From the human T2T-CHM13v2.0 reference genome, Homo sapiens: a stretch of 64,000 bases of DNA. A model generated the notes under the pieces. It made no database searches, was not told the origin of the DNA, and saw nothing but the letters and a program-made list of their open reading frames with translations. The DNA is taken from NCBI RefSeq assembly GCF_009914755.1, contig NC_060935.1. One strand, given 5' to 3'. Shown piece by piece: positions 23,841 through 40,498 of this stretch; the first letter of the stretch is position 1, and every line of letters starts with the position of its first letter. The position numbers and the translations under genes were made by a program.

Positions 23841-24819
23841 ACCATTAGGCATAACTATAGTTGATCCTAGACCTCAGATACTTACCTAGGTGGAACTGAG
23901 AGCTACCACATCAATCCATGCATACTATTTGTTACTGTTTACTTTCAACTGGGCTGTGGACATAGTTACTACCTCCCTGTATATGTGCTTAGTTGACTGG
24001 AGGACATAGAGACAGAATGATTCAGTATCCCTCAAGAAGCAATTAACCAAGAATAATTATTCCCAGAAACTTCGGGTGTATTAGAGAGAAAGGGGGGAAT
24101 AGTTCCTGAGAAGCATGCTGGAGAGAGTATACATAAGAACATGCCAATGTCAATGCAAAACCCAAATAAACATAAAATAGTTACACAATATCATTAATTA
24201 TAATTTAAATATAAGACATTGGTTTATATTTCTTATATACTTCCCCCGCATCTTATCTTCATTAATTTTTTCATACACAATCATTTACAAAACTTTTATG
24301 TAGTCAAGTTAACATACATTTTATTAATATTATATACTTTTCATTCTTAAGAAGCTATTCCATATACAAAGTAAAAAGTGGAGAGATGCAGAGTTGGATC
24401 TAGAGCTAGAGACGGAACTGCAGATAGGGATAGTGGTGTAGATAGTAATAAAGGGGGATAGAGACAGTAATCATGATAAAGACAGGTAATAATAGTGTTA
24501 GAGATTCTTGATTCCACCTGAAATTTGTTTGGGGGACTTGGGTAATTAGAATTTTACTTAAGTATTCTCAAACATATAAACAATTTTTCTAATACCAAGT
24601 ATAAGATCAAGGGTTGGTCTCCAAGCATGTTGAGGGATTACATACATTTTATTTTAAATTTTTATATAAATATGGATCTAATTCTAGACTGTTTTCTGTT
24701 GTTTGATCTGTGTCCTTTTTGCCACATGCACATACTGCCGTTGTTATTCTGTTTTTATATACAACTTCATATTCAATTGGTCAAGCTATATTTTTGTTGT
24801 CATGCTAACTTTGTATTCT

Positions 24820-26230
24820 TTCAAATAAGGATTAAAAGCCAGCATGCATAAAAATTGTGTAATGACCTAAATTGAACTAAAGCCATAACACCCTCGGAAG
24901 GAAGCATGGGTAAATCTTCATGAACTTTGATTTTACAATAGATTCTTAGATATGACACAAAAAGTATGAGTAACAAAAAATAAATACATAAATTGGATTT
25001 CATTTAAAAAGTTCATGCAACAAACGACTTTAAGAAAGTAAAAAGACAACCTATAAGATGAGAGAACATCTTTGCAAATTATGTATTTCATAAGTTTAAT
25101 ATCCAGAATGTATGAAAAAGTCCTACAACTCAAAAACAAAAAGACAAACAACTCAATTTAAAAATATGCAAATGATGGGAATGAGTAATTTCTAGAAAGA
25201 AGATATATAAATGAACATTGGCACATAAAATGCAAACCAAAACCACAATAAGACACTACTTCAAACTTACTAGAATGTCTATACTTTAAGAGAAACAAAA
25301 CAAATGAAAAGTAACAAGTGTTGACAAAGATATATGAAAATTGGAATCCTCATATATTGCTGCTAAAAATGTTAAGTGGTGCAACTTCTGTAGAAAATAT
25401 TTTGACAGTTCTTCAAAAACTTAGGCACTGAATAACATATGACCCCAAAATTCCTCTCCTAGGTATATATTAAAAATATATATAAAGATTTAAACAGGTA
25501 CTTGTACTGAAATGTTCATTGTAGCATTATTCACAATAGCCAAAAGGTGGAAACAACCAGAATGTACATAAACAGATGAATGAATAAACAAATGTGATAT
25601 ATACACACAATGGAATATTATGTAGCAATAAAAAAGAATGAAGTACAGATGCAGTAAGTCCTTATTTAATGTCATGAATAGGTTTTTGGAAATGGCAACT
25701 TTAAGTGAAATGATGTAAAACAGATCCTCAAATAACACTGTTTTAGCCAACACTGTTAGATGAGAAAAAAAATGGATATCATTATATGTCACTTGGCTTA
25801 AAGTTTCAGTTTCCAAGAATCTATGAATGGACAACATTAAGCAAAGACTTACCACTATACATGTTATGGCATGGATGGACTTTGAAACCTTATGTTGGGT
25901 AAAATAAGCCAGACACAAAACAACAAATATTGTATGAATCTATTTATATGAATTATCTAAAATAGACTGATTTAGAGAAACATATAGTAGATTAGAGGTT
26001 ACTATGGGACTGGGGAGTTACTGCCTAACAAGTATAGCATTTCTGCTTGGATGATGAAAAAGTTTTGGTATGAGATCATGGTGATAGCGGCACAATATTG
26101 TTAATATAATTAATGCCACATAATTATACTTAAAAATGGTTAATATGGTGAGCTTTATTATATATGATATACGGTATTATATGTAGCATATTTATAAACT
26201 TTATCACAATAAAAATGGAAAGAAATTTAA
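24820..26230 (+). mobile_element. Old L1 (L1MB-like) 3' end
   Basis: ORF2 C-terminal and 3' UTR-like sequence (GCATTATTCACAATAGCCAAAAGGTGGAAACAACC), AATAAA near 26207. Confidence 0.8.
25652..25854. mobile_element. TcMar-Tigger MITE, MER6-like, inserted in L1
   Basis: Imperfect terminal inverted repeats CAGTAAGTCCT...AGACTTAC and internal inverted TTGGAAA..CTTTAAG / CTTAAAG..TTTCCAAG. Confidence 0.65.
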
Positions 26231-26372
26231 AACAAGACAAATTTTTATTTTGATTAGGGTTGAATTGAATTTATTATGAGTTGTTTCTGAGAGAATTGTT
26301 ACAATAAACAATGTATAATAAACAATTATTTCATTTATTTTAGGCACATATACAGTTCTATTATCATTTTGG

Positions 26373-26573
26373 GTTTTATTTTTTGTTTTTCTTTTTGTTT
26401 TTGTTTTACGTATTTTTGGTTTTTTTGAGATGGAGTCTCTCTCTGTGGTCCAGGCTAGAGTGAGGTGACGCGATCTCGGCTCACTGCAACCTCCGCCTCC
26501 AGAATTCAAATCATTCTCCTGCCTCAGCCTCCCATGTAGCTGGGATTACAGGTGTGCGCCACCACGTCTGGCC
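26373..26573 (-). mobile_element. Monomeric Alu (right-arm body) with long degenerate tail
   Basis: Single arm ending CTGGCC; TSD TCTATTATCATTTTG / TCTGTCATCATTTTG. Confidence 0.85.
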
Positions 26574-27046
26574 TCTGTCATCATTTTGAATGTGACATTT
26601 TTCCCATTCTATTTTCCTATTGGTTCTTGCAGTTGCATAAAACATTATTGATTTTTATGTTGTCCTTATATAACTCTTTTTACTTTCAGGTGACTTATAC
26701 TTAAATGATCATATCATATACAAAAGAAAGTTAAAAAATAAAGGCAAAGATGTAAATAAAGAAATACACCCCAGATTACAATTTGGTCTTTTTTCTCCCC
26801 CCGAAATCAAAATTTTGCTTGATTGATATTAACTAAGACCTCAATTATAAAACAATAGTCTGTAGTGGTACTGGTCTTGGATCTCTTGCTCATTTGAAAT
26901 ACTATTCTCACCTTATCAATCACTTAGCACCCTGTACCTTTTGTTTTTTGTTTTTGCTAATTCTGTCTAGAACACCATATCAGTTTTAGCTAAGTGCTTC
27001 CAAAACTCCCTGCTTTAAAATTGTTTGGTTTCTGCCCTTTTTTGGA

Positions 27047-27149
27047 CCTTTCCTTTCCTTTCCTTTCCTTTCCTTTTTCCTTTCCTTTCCTTCCCTTCCC
27101 TTCCCTTTCCCTTCCCTCCCTTTCCCTTTCCCTTTCCCTTTCCCTTCCT
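27047..27149. repeat. (TTTCC)n/(TTTCCC)n polypyrimidine tract
   Basis: About 100 bp of only C and T on the + strand. Confidence 0.95.
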
Positions 27150-27849
27150 GCTGAAGGATTACTGGTTAAGGAGACAGTAGAACATGAAAACTTCTTCTCA
27201 TGTCCAGGGCAATGGCTCAGTAATGTTAAATTCAGCAGCTGCATAGCAACAGCCATTTCCTAAATCCTTTCAGAATCTGAGTGCTCAACTGAAAGTTTAT
27301 TTAGAGATTGTAAATTCAATCATTTTTACTTCTACCATTTTAACTGTCAAAATGACATGTATATGTTACTGTGTAGCTATATATGTATATATGATTATAT
27401 ATATTCATATACCTATTTAAGATATCATGTTGCATGCATTTTGGATGTGAAATTGGCATTTTCTTAGCTCCCCACTGCTAAAATCAAGTATACAAAATCT
27501 TCCTACCTTTCAGTCAAATCCTCTGTCATCATACTGCAATCTATCTATTCCCTCATTTTCCATCATATTATTACTTCTATGGAGAAATGCAACGCTGAGT
27601 GTAAATTTCACATTAGAATGTCCAAAACATTGTGTAGAGTAGAAAAAAAAACTATATGAAGTTTAACAGATGTACTGAGAAATGCAAATATTTTGAAGAC
27701 AATTCAAAATAGCACTTAAATATTTAGTGTAGTACTAGCAGAAACAAATTAATTAGATTTTTTAGAATGTTTTATGTATTCTCCCTTCCCAATAATGGAA
27801 ATACTGTAGGAAGTCTATTTCTAACTTTCTTATTCTTTGGTGCACAAAC

Positions 27850-27907
27850 GTGTGTGTGTGTGTGTGTGCATGCATATATATATGTGTGTGTGTGTGTACA
27901 TATATAT
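27850..27907. repeat. Compound (TG)n/(TA)n microsatellite
   Basis: Direct observation. Confidence 0.9.
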
Positions 27908-29037
27908 GAAGGTACATCCACATATAAATGTAGATAAATTAAGTGTGTGTATATGTAAATCTAAGTGTTAATACATGTATAAATTTCTATAAAAATCACA
28001 GAAAAAGCTAAGCATAAGCCAAGCATGAGTAGATTTCAAGTGTTTAAGATAGTACCTCAGATTTCTCAAAGTTTTTTTTTTGTCTTTCTTTAGGTGTAAA
28101 TAAGGTCATTTTTTAAACATTCTCATGGCATTGTTCTAGGCTTTTAAGAAGGAGAGATTGTAAAAATTTGTATTGATGTGAAGGGATTAAGGTATAGTCT
28201 GTAGATAATATCATAGATAATTACTTTTGCTGGGATTACATTCTTTTTTATTTAAGTTTCTTGGAAAATATTCTCCTTAATCTTCTCTAGCTTTTTAAAA
28301 AATGTTTATTTTAAAAATTTATTTATCACCCAGGTATAGAAATTTTCAATCATTTTACTTCTTCAGTGATGTTTCTGTTGATGCCATGATGCTCCATTGA
28401 TGACTTGGGTCTAAAATCTCCACTATAGGGGGAAATGTGTATCAGATTTTACATCATCCAGGCAATCTCATATTTGTTAATTTAATATTGGTTATTATTT
28501 GCTTTAATTCACTATTATTCACTTGTTGAATACATATGTATTATGTGTCTATTCCATACAAGAGACTTTGTGAGATGTCAGTGAGTTAGAAAATATTCTA
28601 GGGATAACATTTTAACTTAAGTAACAGGTGTTGACAAAAATAATATTATGGCTTCATGTTATTGGTTCAAGTCTCTGCAGAGTACAGCAGGAGTGTTGTA
28701 CATTTCAGCAGAATTTCAGACTGACTATAAAAAGCCCAGTGACTGACTCAAAACCCCACTTCCTAGCTCTACGTAGGAAAAGTCAATCTGGATTAAACCC
28801 TAAAATATATTTCTCTTTTCTCGATTATCTTTATATATTTTTAAGTTAAAATTCATGAAAATAGTATTTCTGAAAAAATGGAGAATTTCATTAAAGTATT
28901 TTTTTTTTCAAAACCTTTGATCTTTGAGTGCCTTAGCAAAATTCCGTGGACACTTTGATAGACACCATCATTTTAAGTGTGTTTGAGGATTTCTATGGAT
29001 TGTATTTATTCTATTCCCTAAAACAGACTTTTTAATC

Positions 29038-29993
29038 TTAACAGCATACACTGATAGGAGAGAAAAGCAAAATCACTCGATCTTTAATTTGTTTGGTCTT
29101 CACCCCATAAATGATGGGGTTTAGCATAGGGGGCACTAACACATAGAGACTGCCCACTAGGATGTGAATGTGGTGAGGGATGGTTTTACCTCCAAAGCGA
29201 TGGGCAAGAAATGAAAAGAATGCTGGGGTATAGAACATAAATATGACACAGATATGAGAGCCGCACGTACTAAGGGCCTTGAACCTGGCAGCCCAGGAAG
29301 ACATCTGAAACACTGCGTGAAGGATCATTGTGTAGGATATAATGATAAGCACTATATCCAGTCCTGTAGAGAGTAGGGCCACAGTGAGGCCATAAATGAT
29401 ATTGACATTGATATTGCCACAAGCCAATCTGGCAATGCCCATGTGCTCACAGTAGGAATGAGGAATGATGTTTCTCCCACAATATGTAAGTCGGTATACC
29501 AGGAAGATGAACGGACAGCAGATGAAAAAGCTCCTGACCACAGCTGCTATGCCAATCTTCCTGACGGCTGATGAGGTTAAAATGGTGTATCTCAGTGGGT
29601 AACAGATGGCCACATAGCGGTCAAATGCCATTGCCAGGAGAATAGCAGATTCTGCCACAAAGATGAAATGTATGAAGAACATCTGAGACACACAACTACC
29701 AAAGGATATGTCCATGGAGTGGAACCAGAGGATAGCCAGCACCTCAGGGGCTGCAGCAGCGGCGAGCAGGAAGTTGGCTGAGGCCAGCATGGATAGGAAG
29801 AGATACAAGGGCTCATGGAGACTGCGCTCAGTCATGATCAGGAAGATCAAGAAGATATTGCCTGCAACAGCCACAATGTACATAAAAGAAAAAGGGATGG
29901 AGATCCAGGTATGCAAGCTTCCAGCCCTGGGATTCCCATCAGGACATACCACACATCCTGGGAATTAGTGTGATTGCGAAAGAAAGGAGCCGT
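29038..29993 (-). pseudogene. OR52Z1P: Class I OR family 52 gene, disrupted in this haplotype
   Basis: Probable ancestral start reads ACG (29993); 1-bp deletion after GIPGLE (~29918); body has LHEPLY, MAFDRYVAICYPLRY, HSYCEHMG, KALSTCGSH, PPMLNPIIY. Confidence 0.85.
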
Positions 29994-30771
29994 ATGTACA
30001 GTTTATTCCAGGCCTAGTGCCATTAGTGAAAGACTACAAAGTTGAGGATTTAGAAACACTACCTTAGGCTGAATGAGGTCTCATCAGATTTGTTTTCTTT
30101 CCAATGTTTTCTTCTCTGGGAAAGGAGAGTAAAATGGGTTAATAAACCGAATATATAAGTCCTACCAAATAATTAATTTTTTGTACCTTAAAAAATTAGT
30201 AGATATTATTTAATAACTGCTTAATATGTGTCATACTACTTTACAAATATTAACTTATTAAATCTTCACAATAACCTATTGAAAATCCCTTTAAATAACC
30301 ATTATATAAATACTATTATTTCTACAGATGTAAAAAAAACCCACAGACTTTCAGCCTCTTACCCTAGGCCCTACTGGATTTAAAGTAAGGCAGGATAAAT
30401 CTGAAAGCTTTGATCTTTACTACCATCCAATGCTGCCTATCAAGATAAAACTAGATATAAAACGCAGCATCAAAATTTTTACTGATCATATCCCTAAGGA
30501 AAATAGAGAGTTAAGAAATTTAGTTGTGCTGCTTACAGAAATGGGAGGGAATTAAGTCTGACAAAATAGATTTCAAGCAATATAGCATGTATGCCTTCTT
30601 CCACATTGATTGGCCTTAACTTACTGTTAAGCCATATGCTAGCCATTGAAGACATACAGCAAATTAAATTGTTCTGCCAATTAATCTATTTCTCAAAAAT
30701 ATAGGATAAGACATTATAAACTTTAGATATTTGCAATGTCAGACGGAGCTGGGTTTTTAAATCTATATGCC

Positions 30772-31061
30772 AGCCTGGCACGGTGGCTCACACCTGTAAT
30801 CCCAGCACTTTGAGAGGCTGAGGCGGGTAGATCACAAGGTCAGGAGTTCCAGACCAGCTTGACCAAAACAGTGAAACCCCGTCTCTACTAAAAATACAAA
30901 AATTAGCTGGGTGTAGTGGTGTGCACCTTTAATCCCAGCTACTCAAGAGGCTGAGGCAGGAGAATCGCTTGAACCTGGGAGGCAGAAGTTTCAGTGAGCA
31001 GAGATCGCGCAACTGCACTCCAGCCTAGGTGACAGAGCGAGACTCCCTCTCAAAAAAAAAA
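30772..31061 (+). mobile_element. Alu SINE, AluS-like
   Basis: Dimeric Alu, A-tail, TSD TATATGCC on both sides. Confidence 0.95.
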
Positions 31062-31147
31062 GTATATGCCTCATAGGTGGTAAAGAATAAAATATTTTGT
31101 TTCTTTCCACTTCAGTCACTGATTGAAAATGAGACAATACACATTGT

Positions 31148-35417
<4,270 letters not shown>

Positions 35418-35650
35418 ACATTGTTTATCTAAGTACCACCACAGCAGCAAGTAATTTAATGTTTTCACATTATAAAACAGGAGTCTATATTACTTCAATA
35501 AATTACTAGTTATTACTAATTACTAGTTCTAAAAAATGTGGATAGAAGCAAGTTTAATATTGAGTGAAAAATAAGATTAGGAGATGGAACACCAGGGTAG
35601 GTGACATATACACAGATAGATTAGATAGGTAGATAGCTAGCTAGCTAGCT

Positions 35651-35654
<4 letters not shown>

Positions 35655-35730
<76 letters not shown>
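35655..35730. repeat. (AGAT)19 tetranucleotide STR, preceded by (AGCT)n
   Basis: 76 bp of perfect AGAT repeat. Confidence 0.97.
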
Positions 35731-36589
35731 GCATGGGTATAAACATAGATAATAATATGTGAATGACAGGTGGCTTCTATACTCTCTAAGTTCCCTTTCT
35801 CAAGTAAAAGCTGGCTAAAGTTCTTGTTTTTTGAGGTGGCACAGGGGCTTAAGAAATGACTGCTCCCCCATCTCTTGATTCCATTACAGTTCAATATACT
35901 GATCATTGTATAGCATAGTCTGCTACCTTTACTTTTGTTTTTGCTAAGTGCTAAATATTCTGGTCTCAAATTTTATATGATGGAAATGTTTGGGTCCCAT
36001 TTTTTGAGTTACAGTTTAGAATTTAAAATACCCACACAGCTGAGCAATTTACCCTTGCTTTAAGTTGGAATGAGGTTCTTTAAAAATATTAAGATAAAAT
36101 TTGAAGTTATTTAACTCTGTGGATCTACTTTATTTACATAAACTAATTGTTTTACTATTTAATATATATCTCACATTGTTAGAATATTTTAAGTAAACTG
36201 TTGATGTTTCAGAGAAAGGAAAGAATAATTTTGAAGCATTCCTGACACAGTTCTAGGCCAGAGCCATGCATGTGAGTGAAGCGTAGTTATAGAAGTGAGG
36301 GTTACAGTGACTGGGGCTTCATCAGGACATTAGGGATGGGAGAGAAGAATCTAAGTGAAAAAAAAATACAGGAATGAAGATAAGGGGGAAAGAAAACAGA
36401 TTTTCCGGCCTTTAAATTTTTTCTGGTGATCTTTTGTGATACCTATGGTTTTTAAATATTTGTTTGTTTTTTTGTTTTTCCTAAAACATTGTCATATGTG
36501 ATGACCCAAATTATAGGCCTGGGTTCCTTGTAGCATTATTCTAGGATATTTCTGACAGCATATTCTGACTGAATCATGAATGTATCCAC

Positions 36590-36810
36590 GGAGCAAAGAT
36601 AGTGTGGTGTAATAGAAACAGTATAGCTCTAAGGACATATATAGTTGTATTTAAATACTGGCTAAATCTTATTCTGACTCTATGACCCTGGACACGTCAT
36701 TTAATTTAAACTTTAGTTCTCTTGCTTGTAAAATACCTAACAATAAGCATAAATTTAAAATGTGAGTCTTTTCTGAAGTCAGTGTCTTAGGAAGGTAGCT
36801 ACATAAGTCA
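36590..36810 (+). mobile_element. MIR SINE fragment
   Basis: AGTGTGGTGTAATAGAAACAG...TATGACCCTGGACACGTCATTTAAT...CTTGTAAAAT. Confidence 0.5.
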
Positions 36811-39800
36811 TTTATATCTCTATCCCAACAATAGATGACATCAGGACACTAACAAAATTGTAGCAATTAAGACCAAAATTATTGTCAACTGGAATAAGTT
36901 TAACTTTCAGGACTTCAGGCTTATTATCCATCAAACTGAGATTGAATTGATTTAGAGTATCCATAAATACTAGGAATAAATTTTTTTTAATAAATTTCTT
37001 ATACTGGGCACATGGTATCAATTGGTAATCTTCACCCTGCATCTGTCATTTACTTTTATAAGGTGCGAATAGTTCAGCATGGTGACAGACACATGAATTT
37101 TGAAATGGAGTTTTATTTTTGCCCCATCACCAGTATAATATCTTTGTTACATAGGGAAGAGAGTTAAAAATTTTGGAGTGCCAGCTTCTTAATCTGTGCC
37201 TAGACTATTACCTGATGAGTAATAGTCAATAAACTACAGAACGATGCACACACACACACATTAAACTACTAAAATTTTTTATTACTGAGCCTTGTTTTAA
37301 CTACTAGAATATAAATTCATTGAATCTTTGTACAACATTCAAATCTGCATATCAAAGAAAATGAGCATTATTTAAACATATTCTAAGAGAAAACTAAAAT
37401 ATTCTTTTTGAAAATGACTTACTTAATACAAGAACACAAAAAATACTACAATTGCAAATCAACTCCAGCTAAAGCCAAGTCTAGTATACTCCATGGGTCG
37501 AAAATCAAGGAAAATGTTAGATGATTAAGTTATCGGAAGAATGAGCCGCTTCTGCAGTTTCTTGCCTTTTTTTTTTTCTGGTGTTATTTTCTACAAGTTT
37601 TCATTGAGCATAACTCAGTTTACTTACTTGCATTTTCTAGAATCCTGAAGATATTTAGCAGGTTGAGAGGAGACAAAATAAATGCAAAGAGATTAGGAAA
37701 TCTGGAACTATTTATACTTCTTTTAAAGCATCTCTTGGGCCCAAGGTTTTCAGCTTAAGAGGACGAATTTTACTCCTCCCATGGAAGGAGATGACACAGA
37801 GCTGCTTCTGGTACATAGTCCACAGGGAGAAACATACTGCATTCTCTTTCATTATAATTTGTGCATTTTTTTTCTTCAGCCACCACTCTCTGACACCTAA
37901 GTTAATACATACATCTACATGTCCAGGTCTTTTGTCCCTGTCATATATTGTTTCCAATGAGCCATTGGCAAATATAGGTTGCAAAGGAGACATGTGGGAG
38001 AAGGACTTTACACATCTTAGATGGCATCTAAAAGTTAATTCTCTCATTTTATTTCCCTTTAATTTTTAAGGTTCTATTGCTTTCCCTGCTTTTTCTTGGT
38101 CACATGGTAAATGGGTCAGAATCTGAAGGACCAAGAAATTATATTAGCTACTGTAGATATCCCATTCTCTTGAAGGATACTTTAATGAGGAATACAGATG
38201 AAGATAAAAAGATAGAAACAAATACCATGATATTCATGGAATTAAAAACTGGCTTCACACTGATAAGCCAGATTTATGGAGAGAGGTGTTTCCTTATTCT
38301 CTCAAGTGGAGCCTTCCATATATCTGTGATTTTCTGATATTTTTCAAAGAATCCCTAGAAGCTTTTTTCACCTATAGTAGTAAAACTTAGTAAAAAAAAA
38401 TAGTAAAACTTCCCTATAAATATGATGTTTGACATCAGCTGACCCTGACTGGATGATCTTGATTGGATGCTAGGCAAGTGCCCAGGTCCTCCAATCAGTC
38501 ATCTGGGCATCTTAGTTCTCACTGGCTAAGAGAGGTCATATTTTATTACGTAAGTGTGAGTGCTATATGGTGGGAGATATAAGAATTATCACATGCATTT
38601 CAAGTGCTTTCCATTCAAAGGTCTTGAAACCATAGTGAGGGTAAATTGGATGGCTTCACCTTGCTTTTTTAGACATTAAAGAAAGGACAGTACTTATCTT
38701 CCCACCTATCTTTGGAAAAGAAATTAAAGGAATCAAAGGATATTATAGAAAAAGAGATGGAGAAAGGACAAGGAGAATTTAGGGGACAACAGAAATTGAT
38801 GTCTGCATCTGACTACCTGATAGTGACAGGAAGAACAAAGAATAGAATCCAAGAGGTATACTCTGCTGATAACTTATTATAATGTTTTTAAATCTGGGGA
38901 CTCTAAAACTTGAAGAATTTTTTTTTGAGCAAATGTTTTCAGTAAATAATGATTTCTGATAAATATAATATGCAAGAGGGCAGTGATCCAAACTACGGCT
39001 GCTGTGATACAAGTACCATGTTACTACTTTAAAACACACCTTCAGCAATATTCTATGCAGATGAAATAATAGTTATTGATATGTTTAATTTAATATGTTT
39101 AGTTTTCTTATAGAAGTCTACAGTCTTTGAGCCACATGCTTTAGAAAAACAATTTTCCAATTTTTATGAATGTTATATAATCATATTATTGACATCAAGT
39201 AACAATATCATTGGAATCTTGGTATGCCCTTAATAATCATATATCTATATGATTAATATACCTAGCTATTTTTGCAGGGAACATGTAAGTATTATGTAGA
39301 ATAAATAAAGATTATAAAAATTCTCACATAAGTTCATGTCAGAAATTGCCATCACTTTAGAGCAGATTGTGCTGTTAAAAGACTCAGTTTTTAAATTTCT
39401 ATGGATTTCAAGGAAATGGATAAATGATTGTGGCCCTGTTAACCAAAATAGCAGTAAAAATGGCTTTGGCTACTGATTTAATATCTGTAAATTAAGGATG
39501 TTGGATTGCTTGAGATTTTAGCTCTAACTCTGCTTCAATATGTAAGATACTTCTAATTGAGTCTAGATAATTGTTCTATAGGTAAATTAGTGTCCTGGAT
39601 GCTAGTGCTTCAGCCAAAAAATGAAAAAGATAAATTAAATGAAAGCCTTTATCTTACTATGGGACTTGAGTGGAGGAAATCCAAGAAAAGAATTCCAGAT
39701 GGTCCTTTCTTCGAACAAGTAATTTGGCATAATTGGACACCTGGTTTCTTCTCATTTGTAAGTTAGTAAAGCTGGGAGTTGGTGCTAGTAAAGCTGGGAG

Positions 39801-39862
39801 TTGGTGCCAGAAAAGAGAACAGAAATATTAATTTATTTCTTCCTTGTTTGTAGGCTGTAGAG

Positions 39863-40057
39863 CAAGCTTGTCCAACCTGTGGCCCGTGGGCTGCATGCAT
39901 CCCAAGATGGCTTTGAATGCTATCCAACACAACTTTCTTAAAACATTATGAGATTTTATGGGACATTTTGTGATTTTTTTTTTTGGCTCATGAGCTGTCA
40001 TTAGTGTTAGTATATTTTATGTGTGGCCCAGGGAAGCCAAAAGATTGGACATCCCTG
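39863..40057. mobile_element. MER30 hAT-Charlie MITE
   Basis: CAAGCTTGTCCAAC...AAAAGATTGGACATCCCTG termini; 8-bp TSD CTGTAGAG / CTGTACAG. Confidence 0.85.
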
Positions 40058-40498
40058 CTGTACAGTTTCTCCGTGGTTGGAATCAATATTTGCAGAGCCT
40101 TGTAGCTTTTTCAAAGATTTTTTCCCCTGCCACATTGAAGAATAGCTTGAGCAATAGCCACTCTTCTTTCCAGGTGGAGTTTGTGAATTACTTTAGAGAT
40201 GATCTTTATCTGGGAAGAATTACTAATATATTATCTCTTCGTTTAGCTAATGTAAGGTTATTAGATACTTTTCTTTAAGGAAGGATACACCAGGACCTGC
40301 CTTAATAAGGCTTGATGACATTTATCTTCCTTCTAATACATCATAATATGTGTGTCGTGCAGAGATAAACTTGTATAGAAGCCAATACGACTGCTTGTAT
40401 TAAAGAAACAAAGTTTAATTCATCGTTTTGTTGTTGTGTTTTGCTTACATTTTATGTATTTTGTTGAATTGTGTTTAATCACAAGAGTAATGCATGCC

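Noticed and set aside
26990-27263. RE/K-rich and FP/SL-rich ORFs
   Set aside because: Translations of the TTTCC(C) simple repeat
29038-29952. 304-aa ORF as an intact OR
   Set aside because: Starts at GTG in a non-homologous frame upstream of the 1-bp deletion
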